64,000 bases of DNA from Octopus vulgaris (taxonomy: Eukaryota). Positions 40,355-52,954 of this stretch are shown here, in pieces. The notes under the pieces are model-generated. The model was not told where the DNA came from, ran no database searches, and was given only the letters and a program-made list of their open reading frames with translations. Position 1 is the stretch's first letter, and each line of letters opens with the position of its first letter. Both the position numbers and the translations under genes were made by a program. Location: contig OX597816.1 of the NCBI GenBank assembly GCA_951406725.2, forward strand, positions 178,250,001-178,314,000, written 5' to 3'.

Positions 40355-40603
40355 TTACGTCTTTAAGGTAAAGGCATGATGAGAGTTGGATTTCCTTGTG
40401 GAGGCAGGAGCTGTCTCTGGTCGGTAAATAGCTGGAAATTGCTGTCTGAACCAAATCTCATATTCTTCAATTGTAATATCAGTAATTTTTGCTCGACAAA
40501 ATTCTATAGCAGCACTGATATCAGGACTGCATATATCCCAAGGTTCCAATGTTGAGAGGACTTTCAGGAACTTATAAGCACTTAACCTCTCACCAAATTT
40601 CAC
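40355..40603 (-). CDS. CCDC60: Coiled-coil domain-containing protein 60-like, last exon
   Basis: VKFGERLSAYKFLKVLSTLEPWDICSPDISAAIEFCR resembles my recollection of the CCDC60 C-terminus (LKVL..L..WELCSPDIAVAIEF); CAG acceptor, TAA stop. Confidence 0.85.
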   Translation of the reverse strand: MKFGERLSAYKFLKVLSTLEPWDICSPDISAAIEFCRAKITDITIEEYEIWFRQQFPAIYRPETAPASTRKSNSHHAFTLKT

Positions 40604-41185
40604 CTGAAGATCACATTACACAATTGTACATATTAGATTGTAATTTAAAAATATTTCTTGAAAAAGAAAAAGTACATTGAATTCTTTTTTATCTTGAAAG
40701 TTATAGGAATTAATCAAAGCTCTTTCTTGAAGGCAAAACATGGATAAGATTTCAAAATTATATATTCTTTTTATCAGAATGGTTTCTTTTTAGTTAGCAT
40801 CCATTTTTCTAACCTAACAGAGATGACAAGGTTTTAGCAAATTAAAAGGTTTACATATTTTAATGGAATCAGTTCTTTTTATAAGTTGGATACACCTCCC
40901 GCTCATTATGGGTTAACCTCAAAGCAATTATAAAACCTGTTGTTATTTTTAGAAACTGAGGCAATTCGGGTTTACAAGAAGTAATTGTCATTTAAGATGA
41001 ACATTAAAAAAAAAAAAGAAAATATATAATTAACACTTAACTATTTCATTGATATCAATAATTAGAGTACCAATACATAGCAGGCTATAAATGAACATGC
41101 ATATGGAGTCATATATTTCATAAGAAAAACTCAAACCCATATAATTGAAAAAGTTACATTATTATCAAGTTTGTTATTTGCATTA

Positions 41186-41573
41186 GTGGAGGCACAATGG
41201 CCCAGTGGTTAGGGCAGCGGACTCGCGGTCATAGGATCGCGGTTTCGATTCCCAGACTGGGCGTTGTGAGTGTTTATTGAGCGAAAACACCTAAAAGCTC
41301 CACGAGGCTCCGGCAGGGGATGGTGGTGATCCCTGCTGTACTCTTTCACCACAACTTTCTCTCACTCTTACTTCCTGTTTCTGTTGTACCTGTATTTCAA
41401 AGGGCCGGCCTTGTCACTCTCTGTGTCACGCTGAATATCCCCGAGAACTACGTTAAGGGTACATGTGCCTGTGGAGTGCTCAGCCACTTACACGTTAATT
41501 TCACGAACAGGCTGTTCCGTTGATTCGGATCAACCAGAACCCTCATCGTCGTAACCGACGGAGTGCTTCCATC
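41186..41573 (+). mobile_element. tRNA-derived SINE family C
   Basis: TGGCCCAGTGG A box, GTTTCGATTCC B box; TSD ATTTGCATTA at 41176-41185 and 41574-41583. Confidence 0.88.
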
Positions 41574-41778
41574 ATTTGCATTAATTTATGTACTTAATGT
41601 ATGCCTTCCATTTCTGGAGAAAATATCACTGATACAAAGTGATAACTATATAATCAATAAATTTGTCTGTCTAATATATATATATATATATATATGTCTA
41701 TTAAATATTTTTTTAACTTGCTGTGGTATTTACAACCCAATGAAGTTAGAAAAGAAGAAGAAAATATAGGATACTTAC

Positions 41779-41869
41779 AAAACTGAATTTGGAAAGCTTA
41801 TGAAGTATTGCTTTATAATACCAGAGAGACTTTAAAGCTGACGGAATTTTCTCCTGAAGTTCCACAAAC
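41779..41869 (-). CDS. CCDC60: CCDC60 exon
   Basis: CAG|(W)FVELQEKIPSALKSLWYYKAILHKLSKFSF|GTAAGT; 91 nt, phase 2 to 0. Confidence 0.82.
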
Positions 41870-42115
41870 CTGATGCCAATGACAATAATGGTTTTAAACT
41901 TACGCACAATGCCAGCAATTTCTTTCTTTTCTTTTTCGTGAGCTACTTGATTACTTAAACACAATTATTTGGCTGATAATATATTTTATTGACCCCAAAA
42001 GGATGAAAGGCAAAGTTAACATCAGTGGAAAGATTAGAACTTAGAATGTGAATAATCCAAAAGAAATGCAGCTCAGCAGTTTGCTTGATACACAAATGAA
42101 TGTCAGCTTGCTGCC

Positions 42116-42149
<34 letters not shown>

Positions 42150-43689
42150 TGATGATGGTGACGGTGATGATGACAATGATCCTTTCTACTATAGGCACAA
42201 GGGCTGAAATTCAGGGGAGGGAGATAGTCAATTACATCAACCCCAGTACTTGACTGGTACTTATTTCATTGATCCCAAAAGGATGAAAGGCAAAGTTAAC
42301 CCCAGCAGAATTTGAACTCAGAATGTAATGTAGAGACAGACGAAATGCTGCTAAACACTTTGCCTGGCATGCTAACAACTCGGCCAGCTCACCACCTTAA
42401 TAATAATAATAATAATAATCAATTACAGCTGTACAAGAGTACAAGCTTCTTGAGGGAATGGTGTAGTAAATTTAATCAGCCCCCAGTGGTACTTATTTTA
42501 TTGATAGAGGAAGTGAAGCTAAAAGTCAAAGCCAACCCAAGAAAGAGTTAACATTCAGAGCACACATTCAGAGCACTTGCCTAATAATATATCCTTACCA
42601 GAGTCTACATCTGCTGGCTTCTCAGTCTTTGATATCCATTCTTCTCTCCATCAGTTATCTCCTTATCACTCACTCCCTGTCTTTCAAGTAACTCTAACTC
42701 TCTTCTATTTATCTTCACACACTTGTCACCTTAAGTGAATGAACACATCAGAGAGTAGAGGGGAACTTCTGGCCTTATGAGATACAAGGAAGCCTCACTG
42801 GTGGTGGCAGCATGATAAAATGTACCCAGTGCACACAGTAAAATGATTGGCAAACAAGCAGGGACAACATGGTCTTACTGAGGAATGATAACCTCTTTAG
42901 TGTTTGTGCCATGATAAAATGAATCCAGTACACTTTGTAAAGGAGTTGGTGATAAGAAGGGCATCCAGTTTTAGGGATCAACTAAAAAATGAAAGGTACT
43001 AGCAAGACAGGATCCTTTGAACCATCTTAGATGGCAGTTACTCTCAACAGGAGCTGACTTGGACCATGGCAACTATGGTCCAACTCATGCCAGTATGGAA
43101 AGCAAATATAAAAATTATGATGTTGAAAATGATGAAAGCCAGGGTTTGGGTGACTTGTAAATAGTAGTTCAAGAAAAGACTATTAAAACTGAGGTGTCTA
43201 ATAAGCTTGTGTTCCTTGCAGTTGTGAAATACAACTCTTTGATTTATAATAGGCATGGAGGCTTAAACAAACTAAATATCTTATCTAAGAAGAGTGCCTG
43301 CAACAAGGGAAACAGAGGTTCAGAACTTCATCAAGTCTATCACTTTTTTCAGTAATAATTATGTTAATTTGCAACCCACAACTATCATTCGATGAATTCC
43401 TTAAATCTTTAATTAAACATCACATTAACCCATATGCTTTAATTTATGATTTTTCACATCGTTATCATCACATGACTGCAGCCACTGCCACCATCATCCT
43501 TCACCTCTCCCTCCTCCTCCTCCTTTTATGTCCACTTCCCATGCTAGTCTATGGGCTGGACAGAAAACATGGAATGCCTCATCAATTTGAATGCCATCTA
43601 TATACATCAGCTTTACAATAGGTTACCCTTTTCCAATAGCTATGAAGGTAAAAAAAAATTAATTTATAATATTAGAAATCTCAACTCAC

Positions 43690-43833
43690 CAATTATTATC
43701 TGGAACAATCTTTTCATCAAATTTGTTGAACTGAGAAACTGTTTTCCTACGCATTTCATTCAGGACATGGCGGTAACTGAAATGGTCTGCTGATATTGCT
43801 CGATACTTGCTCTGACAGACTAACAAATTTTCT
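43690..43833 (-). CDS. CCDC60: CCDC60 exon
   Basis: TGCAG|ENLLVCQSKYRAIS...DEKIVPDNN(W)|GTGAGT; 144 nt, phase 2 to 2. Confidence 0.82.
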
Positions 43834-43946
43834 CTGCAATAATGAAGGAAATTCAAGCAATTCTTTTATATAAATATCTTTTGAGAAAACATATTAAATT
43901 GAGTAACATATCTACAATAAATAGGCTTTAAGCAATATTTAATTAC

Positions 43947-44069
43947 TTCTCTATTTTCTCTAAAGTATCGTGCAAAGAAAACGCTTTATCTTCTTTTACA
44001 TCTTCAAATTTTTGACGCAATAACTGGATGAGATTTTCTTGGTGATGCCTGGATTTAACTTCAGATGAA
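43947..44069 (-). CDS. CCDC60: CCDC60 exon
   Basis: Polypyrimidine tract plus TAG|SSEVKSRHHQENLIQLLRQKFEDVKEDKAFSLHDTLEKIE|GTAATT; 123 nt. Confidence 0.82.
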
Positions 44070-44429
44070 CTACAAGGAGAAAGACGAAGAGAAGTAGGCA
44101 GTATTAAAGCAACTGTGACAGACTGGAGTGATGGAATTGTTATAGACAATACTTTTCATAATAGAAAAGATACAACAACTTTATTTTCCTGGCAGCTGTT
44201 TCAGAAAGAAACAGCTATACTAATGGCTCTCAGAAATGTAGGTCTGGACAACTAATATTTTTTAACTCCTAAGTGTTTGAAAAATACTTAAGTTCTTTCA
44301 TAGGTCAGAAATTCTATAACAGAGCAATCACTGGAGAAATAATATTTACTGTAGAATCTGAGAAGTAAATAAAGGTAAATACACTACCTGGGTATGTAGG
44401 TATTACTAGAATAATTTACTGAAGTGCAC

Positions 44430-44668
44430 CTGTGTCGGTGGCACATAAAAACACCAACCGAAGACCCGGCAAGACTAGTCAGGCCATAACCCGTGGCCCC
44501 TACCTGGGACGTAGTCAGTCCACCTGTGCATACCTTCCTTCTTGTGACACTTGTGAAGACCTGTTGAGGCAAGTGAAAATAGCCTTCGGGCTCCCCAGAC
44601 CCCAGTTGAACCGTCCAACCCATGCTAGCATGGAAAACGGACGCTAAATGATGATGATGATGATGATG
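44430..44668 (+). mobile_element. RTE 3' fragment
   Basis: RTE stop region and terminal motif with (GAT)n. Confidence 0.7.
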
Positions 44669-45884
44669 AATGGTGAGAATATATTGAGTTATAATTCTAC
44701 TAAACAAAAGTCTGTTTGAATAATACTCTGTAAACATTTGAGGTTGGCAGAAGTTGATATGAGGCAATGTCTAATAAACAGCATAAAAGTGAGTGGATTT
44801 TCCAGAAAATAAATATTGATAAATATCTGAAAAGTTCATAAGATCTCTTTAAACAGGAATCTAAGTGCAATTGTACTGCATTACACACGCTTACAAAACA
44901 ACAGCTTTCAGATTGGAAAGTCTTAAAAATTTACTAAAGATGAGTTAAGACAAAATGTACCATTTAGAAAATAAGGGGAGATTTTACAAATTATTTAGGG
45001 AACATGAGAAAGAAAGAAATTCTTTCTATAGATAAGGAAGCAAATAGATACATCTTATAGATTGGAAATATGAAAAATAACTGAAGTTAAGAACAGCACA
45101 TCAGCTAAAAATCTGAAATTTCAAAATATGTTTAAAAGGAGCCAGTAAAGTAAACCCATACATTGCAAAGATGAAGCAAGATTTAGGTAAATGCAAGAGA
45201 AAGACAACATTAGGCTAAAAGCTAAAAGAAATTTCTTTCATAATTGTTGTACAATAAATACTAAGTCAACTCTCAAAGTCAACCAATCAAATAAATAAAT
45301 AATACCAGTCATACAGGGAATTCCTGAAAGCAATTGACTATGTTGTCGCCAGCATAATCAAATAGGTAGTTATTCACTGGGCAATAAATAAATAAAACTA
45401 GTCAAGACAAACAACAGACACTATAACTACTTTGCAAAATCTGTGACTGGAAAACTCAGAGACAGCAGCTAACTGTCAGAGAAATCAAAACAAACCAGGC
45501 AACTACTATTTCAAAAGTTGGAGCTACAAAAGAATTTCTCTTTAGTGATTTCTCAGTCTCTTTGATTGGAACACTACTTTGAAAATGTCTGAGAAATTTT
45601 CAAAATATAGTAGTACCAGACCACTTATCTGACAAGCTCGGGACCAGATTTGCTGGTTTTCTAGAGACAGTCCAAGTAAATATTTAAGATATAAAATAAA
45701 CTATGAAAAGTAAAAAGTTGTATTTAACAAATACAAATTAATAAGCTTTTAAAGCAGGGTCTGTTTGATATTTATTAATCCTCTTAAAAATTCTTTAAAA
45801 TATATTGTACTAGACAGCATAAAGTTTATATGATGAAAAATAAATGAAGGACAGTAAGGAACATGGATTTTATTTAACAGAACC

Positions 45885-46305
45885 AAAATCGAAGTTGATC
45901 AACATCAATGGAAATTGCAGCTGTGATACCAGTGCCGGTGACAAGTAAGCGAACCATCCAATCGTGGCCGTTGCCAGCCCCGCCGCGACTAGCCTCCGTG
46001 CTCGTGGCACGTAAAAAGCACTATCCATTCATGGCTGTTGCCAGCCTCGCCTGGCCCCCGTGCCGGTGGAACGTAAAAAGCACCATCCATCCATGGCTGT
46101 TTGCCAGCTCCATCTGGCACCTGTGCGGGTGGCACGTAAAAAGCACCCACTACACTCATGGAGTGGTTGGCGTTAGGAAGGGCATCCAGCCATAGAAACA
46201 CTGCCAGATCAGACTGGGCCTGATGCAGCCTTCTGGCTTCACAGACCCCAGCTGAACCGTCCAACCCATGCTAGCATGGAAAGCGGACGCTAAATGATGA
46301 TGATG
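45885..46305 (+). mobile_element. RTE 3' tail
   Basis: Hairpin-repeat units plus terminal motif. Confidence 0.82.
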
Positions 46306-46968
46306 AGATACAGGTACAAATTAATGCAATTCTAAAGCAGGTTATGTTTAATATTCATTAATCTACTCAAAAAATTAAATAAGAAAACTTTTAATACACC
46401 ATATGCAAAGTAACGAACTTCAAAAACAAGGTTTGTTTACTCAATTCAGGGTACAGTATATTGCACAGAATTCCTGGATTTCTGGAAATTCTTAACTCCT
46501 AGAAGTTGGATAAAAGGTCCAGTACTGTACAAGGATTTAATGATGAATATGAATAAAAAGAACATCTCTATTATAACTGGAGTAGTAGGCAACAGTTAAG
46601 CAAACATAGACATAGAATAGGTGGGGTCCCAGATATCATACACTTCAAACACACTCCAAAATAGTATTACTAAATGTAGCACACATACTTCAGAGAGTTC
46701 TGGCCTTAGGTTAAAGCAAATTTACAGCCAAAAAATAAATACTTTGCTTGAAACTGAGCTTCAAACAACAACAACAACAACAACAACAACCAGATAAAAG
46801 CATCAATCAACAACAACAATGATCATAAGACAGAAGAATATGCTCCCAGAGAATGAAAATCTGAAGATGTTTTGAGTTTCTGGTTTCAATTTTTTTAATT
46901 TCATATTTATTGCTGATGCCCAAGAAACACCACATCAAGTTATTCTCAGTAGCCCGAAACTTGGTAAA

Positions 46969-47478
46969 TCTATATATATAAAACTGTAGTTGTGTGAGTG
47001 TCTGTCTCCTATGATTTAGATTCCTAACTCCTCCCACATTTTGCGGTGCAGTTTAACCAAATTCGGGTATCTTATAGTCGTGATTCATATCGAGCCCGTC
47101 TGAGTATTAGCGCGCGTCTACGATGAGTCTACGATTTTAAAAATAATTTAACATCATTTTTTATTCCATTTTAATGCATAATTTTTCATGTGTTGATGGC
47201 GGCGGAGTTGGCGTCCACGCTCACAGCTGCACCTGTTTGCTTCTCCCCCTTCCCTCCCTCGTGAAGCTGTGGGGAAGGGAGTGTAAGGAAATCAACGTCG
47301 TAAAGCGTTGTCAAGGAGACCAGCGTTCTTTTAGAACAACGACTTCATGGCTTGAAGACACCAAAACAGAAATGGCTAAGAAAGCCCGAATTGGCATCTA
47401 TAAGGGAAGTAACTCTCTAAAAATGCTTATATAGTTATTTCCCTTACAAACCCGAGCAACACCGGGCGATACTGCTAG
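46969..47478 (+). mobile_element. Non-autonomous Helitron with extra internal segment
   Basis: A|TCTATATAT...hairpin-CTAG|T; shares both ends with the 10721 copy. Confidence 0.82.
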
Positions 47479-47600
47479 TTATACATAAAACAAAATACTT
47501 CTAAGAGTCATAACACTTTAAATAAAACTGCTTATGATGTTAAACTGAGCACAAATAGACTATACTAATAATGCATACCAGTGTTACCCATGTGTTATGA

Positions 47601-47984
47601 TGGAAGCACTCTGTCAGTTACGACGACGAGGGTTCCGGTTGATCTGAATCAACGGAACAGCCTGCTCGTGAAATTAACGTGTAAGTGGCTGAGCACTCCA
47701 CAGACACGTGTACCCTTAACGTAGTTCTCGGGGATATTCAGCGTGACACAGAGAGTGACAAGGCTGGCCCTTTGAAATACAGGTACAACAGAAACAGGAA
47801 GTAAGAGTGAGAGAAAGTTGTGGTGAAAGAGTACAGCAGGGATCACCACCATCCCCTGCCGGAGCCTCGTGGAGCTTTTAGGTGTTTTCGCTCAATAAAC
47901 ACTCACAACGCCCAGTCTGGGAATCGAAACCGCAATCCTATGACCGCGAGTCCGCTGCCCTAACCACTGGGCCATTGCGCCTCC
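47601..47984 (-). mobile_element. SINE family C
   Basis: Near-identical reverse copy of 41186-41573; flanked by 55-bp direct repeats. Confidence 0.9.
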
Positions 47985-48350
47985 TGAGCACAAATAGACT
48001 ATACTAGCAATGCATACCAGTGCTACCCATGTGTTATGACCTACAAGCACATTGTATGATTTGCTCCTTTCTTATGGGCAGAATCGGCATAGCTGATGTA
48101 TAGTTGATGAAATAATGGAAGTTATTCTTTTGATAGTGAAGGGCGAAGGGACATGATAGAAAGAAGAGGTAAAGGACAGACTTTCTGGGAAAACTTCCTT
48201 TTAAATTTATATTGAAGATCAGATTTTTAAATACACTCATCACAAACATAAATTACACAATAGTAAAAAGATCATTTCAATTGGGTTGGAGCTACAAATT
48301 TGCATGTGCACACTGCAAGAATTAACATAATTTGCACAGAAGTTTTACCT

Positions 48351-48416
<66 letters not shown>

Positions 48417-48633
48417 AAAGGAAGCTGTTTTATGGCATTCTTTCATTTGAAGAAGCAAAGTTGTCAACTCAACATATATGGGATCATATGATTGTTTGTT
48501 AATTTCCATAAAATTGGTTTCATTTCTGTATGCTTTGAAGAGAGCAGAAATTGAAAGAGAGGATAAAGTGAAAAGGTGACATTTGCTTTGAAGTGAGAGG
48601 AGAAAGTGTAAGATGTATGTGTAATGGACGCAC

Positions 48634-48675
<42 letters not shown>

Positions 48676-49654
48676 GTGAAGGTGTGTGTTGTGATGTATG
48701 AAATTTTTTTGCATGTATGTGCAAGTGGCACTCACTCACTCTATCTCTCTCTCTCACACACTCACACATTATCTTTCATATACACATACATAAATAGGCA
48801 GAGGTAAAGAATACACACACCACCTGTTTTTGGCGTAACCCTAACTGTAAACACCAGGAGTGCATATTCTTGACCTTTACCTATAAATACACATGCATAC
48901 ATCTTTTTTTAAAAAAACTGATGTATTTTAATGCAATTGTTTTGTTTGTGGCTTATTTTAATACAATATTTATGCGTACATTTTTTTATAAATGTTTGTC
49001 TGAATAGAATTCTATGCATGTGTAAAACATTGAACGAAAATGATACATTAGAAGCAAATCAAAATACTGTCTGGAAATGAACTCAAAATTGTGCGACCCA
49101 ACCTAGTTGGCAAGGTTATTTTAGTTGTAAAAAAGAATTGTTGAGTCAAAAACATAGTTCATTTGGTAGATAGATAATAAGCAGCTTTCTTTATTATAAT
49201 ACACATGCGATTAATTCAGAGAAACATTACCTTCATTATTCACACATTATCACTCTCGTAATGCAACACTTTGTAATTTTGGTTGAAATTGAAAGTGAGA
49301 AATTATTTTCATTCTGTAATGATACCTGATCATTGTAGAGAAGTGTATTTGAAATAACTATAGCTGGTTGTTGAGATAATGTAGAAAATATGTAAATGAA
49401 AATAAAGTTTATTTGACATGTGTAATTGATTTGATTGTTTTGAAAGGTGGGTGAGCTGGCAGAATCGTTTTGCTGGGCAAAATGCTTCAGCTGTATTTCG
49501 CCTGTCTTTACATTCTGAGTTCAAATGCTGCCAGGGTCAACTTTGCCTTTCATCCTTTTGGGGTCGATAAATTAAGTACCAGTGAGACACTGGGGTCAAG
49601 GTAATCGACTGCTCCCCTCCTGCAAAATTTCAGGCCTTGTGCCTATGGCAGAAA

Positions 49655-49945
49655 GGATATGATTTTTCTGGTCTTGGTAAAAATAGAAATCATTTGACGA
49701 CACCCTTTCGCTTGTAATTGACTATTCTGTTGCAGGTTCAATTTGAGGAATATTGAAATAATACCCATCTTGTCTATTCCACAGAATAAGATTATACTGG
49801 AGAGCATCATAAGAGGGATGAGTCTGTGGAACACATCTAAGGTTGCTATCTTGAACACGAGTGAGAATATCATGTGTTTCATGGGGATCACCAACCATAA
49901 GGATGGCTACTTCATTAGATGTGGGCTCACTAAAACAGCGTAAAA
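49655..49945 (-). mobile_element. Helitron RepHel coding remnant
   Basis: RCFSEPTSNEVAILMVG...THPSYDALQYNLILWNRQDGY matches the Helitron Rep N-terminal motifs (PTxxEVA, SYDALQYP). Confidence 0.78.
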
Positions 49946-51129
49946 AGTTCTTTACTATAGTTTGCTATAGACGTAATGAACACAGAAACACACACAGACT
50001 CATAGAATTGATAATATTGAAAACAGCAAAACGGAATGTAGTCAATATAGGTGCAAAACATACTTTCTGTAGCATAGTTATGCTATAAAAAAATGGAAAG
50101 TCACCAGTTTAGCAAAAGTTAGTATGCATCACCAATATAAGAAAGTACATGAAGTCAACATTTATTTGGAACATGTACTAAATGTTATAAAATTCACAGG
50201 TGAATGAATGCCACGGTGAAGAAAGTGAGAGTCCAAGAAAATTCAGAAGGCATAATTCAATTTTTCATACAAAAATAACTTATTTTACAGTTTTGAAATG
50301 AATGCAGAACCAAGTGTATAAAAAGGAAGATGCTGTTTTTGAACTGTGTAACATTATAGGCTGTAGAATACTGAGTAATGCAGTAAAAAGGTTGTGCGAT
50401 GCTCTCACAGTGATGAAGAATACAAGGACTGTTAAAAAAACATTATCTTGAAACTGGTTAGAAGGAGTGGGATAACATTTCTGTAATTATATTGAAAGAG
50501 CCGCTGAGGCTTTCTACTTTGCCAAGTTTCCAAATTTGTTATAATAAGCAGAATAGTTTTTTTTTCCAGATGTATTTGCCGAGTATTGTGAGTGGTGCTA
50601 AATAAGCCAAACCTTCAAGTTGGCAGTTCTTGAAAGTGAACATTGTTTGTTTGTTTGAAATCCAGGGGCTGCAAGTAAACTTTCAATATCGGTGAGGAAG
50701 TTTGGGGACGGGGAAGTTACATACATAAAGTAAGAGAAAGAGACACACACATGTACATTAATGCATACGTGATGCCTGTCTCTGTCTTTAGATGTGTGCG
50801 TGTCAGTCACCACAAAAATGGATGTATACTGACAGACACATACACTATCACACATATATACTTGTCAGTCATCAGCCTAAGGTAGGCAATGAACATGCTG
50901 CGTGCGGTGCGAACACACTCGTATGGAAAATGTGATGTCATCGTCATTGTGGTGGTGATACAAAATGTCGTTTACAATAGGTGACTAAAAGAAAAATGTT
51001 AATGTTAAATTTTTGTAATGCAAATATGTGAATGAAATAGTTAAGTTGATAGCCAAAATCTTACTGAATCTTTTGATACCCCATACGTCAAAAACGGCAA
51101 CTCAGTTTTGGAATGCTTAAGGAACATAC

Positions 51130-51799
51130 ACATCATCATCATCATCATTGTTCGACCGTGGTCGAGACAATGGAATTTACCATGCTACGCCAGACTTCAC
51201 GGTCTATCATGGCATTACGGAGGTCCTGTTGCTGGATGCCTGTATCCCTGGAGATTACATCAGGGTAGGAGAGTGTGCGCCCTCTGGCATTGCGAGTAGA
51301 TGGCTTCCAGGGGAGGAGAGTAGAAATGACCTCTTTTTCAGCTCTACAACAATGTCCAAACTGGACTCTCCTACCTTTCACAAGAGATGACACAGGTGGT
51401 AATTTCCCATATATTTGCATTTTGGTTGGATGGCGCTTCCATGAGAGATTTTGAGCTCTCATAAGGAGGCGAGTGTAGGTTCCATCTAACCGCCTCTCAA
51501 GCTTCTTTGATAACGTCCAGGTTTCTGAGCCATATAGTAGAATTGCTTTGACTGTGGCTTTGAAGATTTCAAGTTTGAAGTCTCTACTTTAGATTTGATG
51601 ACCAGATCTTATGCATGTCATTACAGGCTGACCAGGCCATACCCTTTCTAGTTAGAAAATCTTTTCCAGATGATGATATGTATGACCCAAGATATTTGTA
51701 ATCAGAAACCATATTTAAGGGCGCATTGTTGAGAGTATGGATGATGCAATCACTGTTGGACAGGCACTTGTTTATATATTCAGTCTTGGCCTCATTGAG

Positions 51800-51800
<1 letters not shown>
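51130..51800 (-). mobile_element. RTE/RTE-X LINE 3' fragment (different family)
   Basis: DYKYLGSYIS...LLYGSETWTL...FGHCCR; (GAT)n tail. Confidence 0.8.
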
Positions 51801-51836
<36 letters not shown>

Positions 51837-52269
51837 CTCTTTTATAGTTATAGATAAATAGATGTATACAGATTGAATTAAGCACATACAGGCTTCGTAT
51901 ATTTGTGTATAGATTGAATACATAGAGATTAAGGTTAAAAGGAAATATGGATGAAAAGTTTCAGAATGTAAATCTATATTTTAGAAAAACAAAATTACTG
52001 AGACATGAAATAATATAAAAAAATAATGTGCAATACAATAATATTCATATACTTCAGGATTAATTACTTCATTAGTTGTTTGAAACAAAAGATGGTAATC
52101 TACAGTGATGAAAATAACCAATGTGGTTTTACCATACAATACCAAGAGCTCAGACATACATTGTAATCATTTAAACTGATTCTATAGGAGAAAGATTATC
52201 CAACAGGATTTGGAATTTAAGTGTTGTTTTAATATTCACCCAAATAACAAACGATCTATATTTTTTTAC

Positions 52270-52337
52270 CTTTTAGGGCGGATCTGATGCCTTGCAACAA
52301 AATTTACTTTTGGAGAAGATTCATCAAATTTTGAATT
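52270..52337 (-). CDS. CCDC60: CCDC60 exon
   Basis: TACAG|NSKFDESSPKVNFVARHQIRPK(S)|GTAAAA; 68 nt, phase 0 to 2, fits the next exon. Confidence 0.7.
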
Positions 52338-52546
52338 CTGTAATTTGAAGCAGTAAAAACAAATATAAAATTAATAAAAGCTTGAAAAGGAATAAGAAAA
52401 TTATTAAAATGGTACTGAAACTGTTTTATTCATAAATCAAAAACAACAGGATAGTTGTCATTCTCATCACAATCACTAGATTTTGGAAACAATCCAGCAT
52501 AGCATAAATTTAGCTCTCCAAAATTACCAGATTATTCTTATTTTTA

Positions 52547-52954
52547 GGCGCAGGAGTGGCTGTGTGGTAAGTAGCTTGCTAACCAACCACATGGTTCCGG
52601 GTTCAGTCCCACTGTGTGGCATCTTGGGCAAGTGTCTTCTGCTATAGCCCCGGGCTGACCAATGCCTTGTGAGTGGATTTGGTAGACGAAAACTGAAAGA
52701 AGCCTGTCGTATATATGTATATATATATAAGTGTGTGTGTATATGTTTGTGTGTCTGTGTTTGTCCCCCTAGCATTGCTTGACAACCGATGCTGGTGTGT
52801 TTACGTCCCCGTTACTTAGCGGTTCGGCAAAAGAGACCGATAGAATAAGTACTGGGCTTACAAAGAATAAGTTCCGGGGTCGATTTGCTCGACTAAAGGT
52901 GGTGCTCCAGCATGGCCGCAGTCAAATGACTGAAACAAGTAAAAGAGTAAAGAG
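52547..52954 (+). mobile_element. SINE family A
   Basis: Full-length copy. Confidence 0.88.

Noticed and set aside
41188-41260. tRNA-like sequence (also about 47915-47984)
   Set aside because: Head of SINE family C; no proper acceptor stem, and it continues into the SINE body with TSDs
44070-44149. Upstream part of ORF 43943-44149
   Set aside because: Polypyrimidine tract and intron of the 44069 exon
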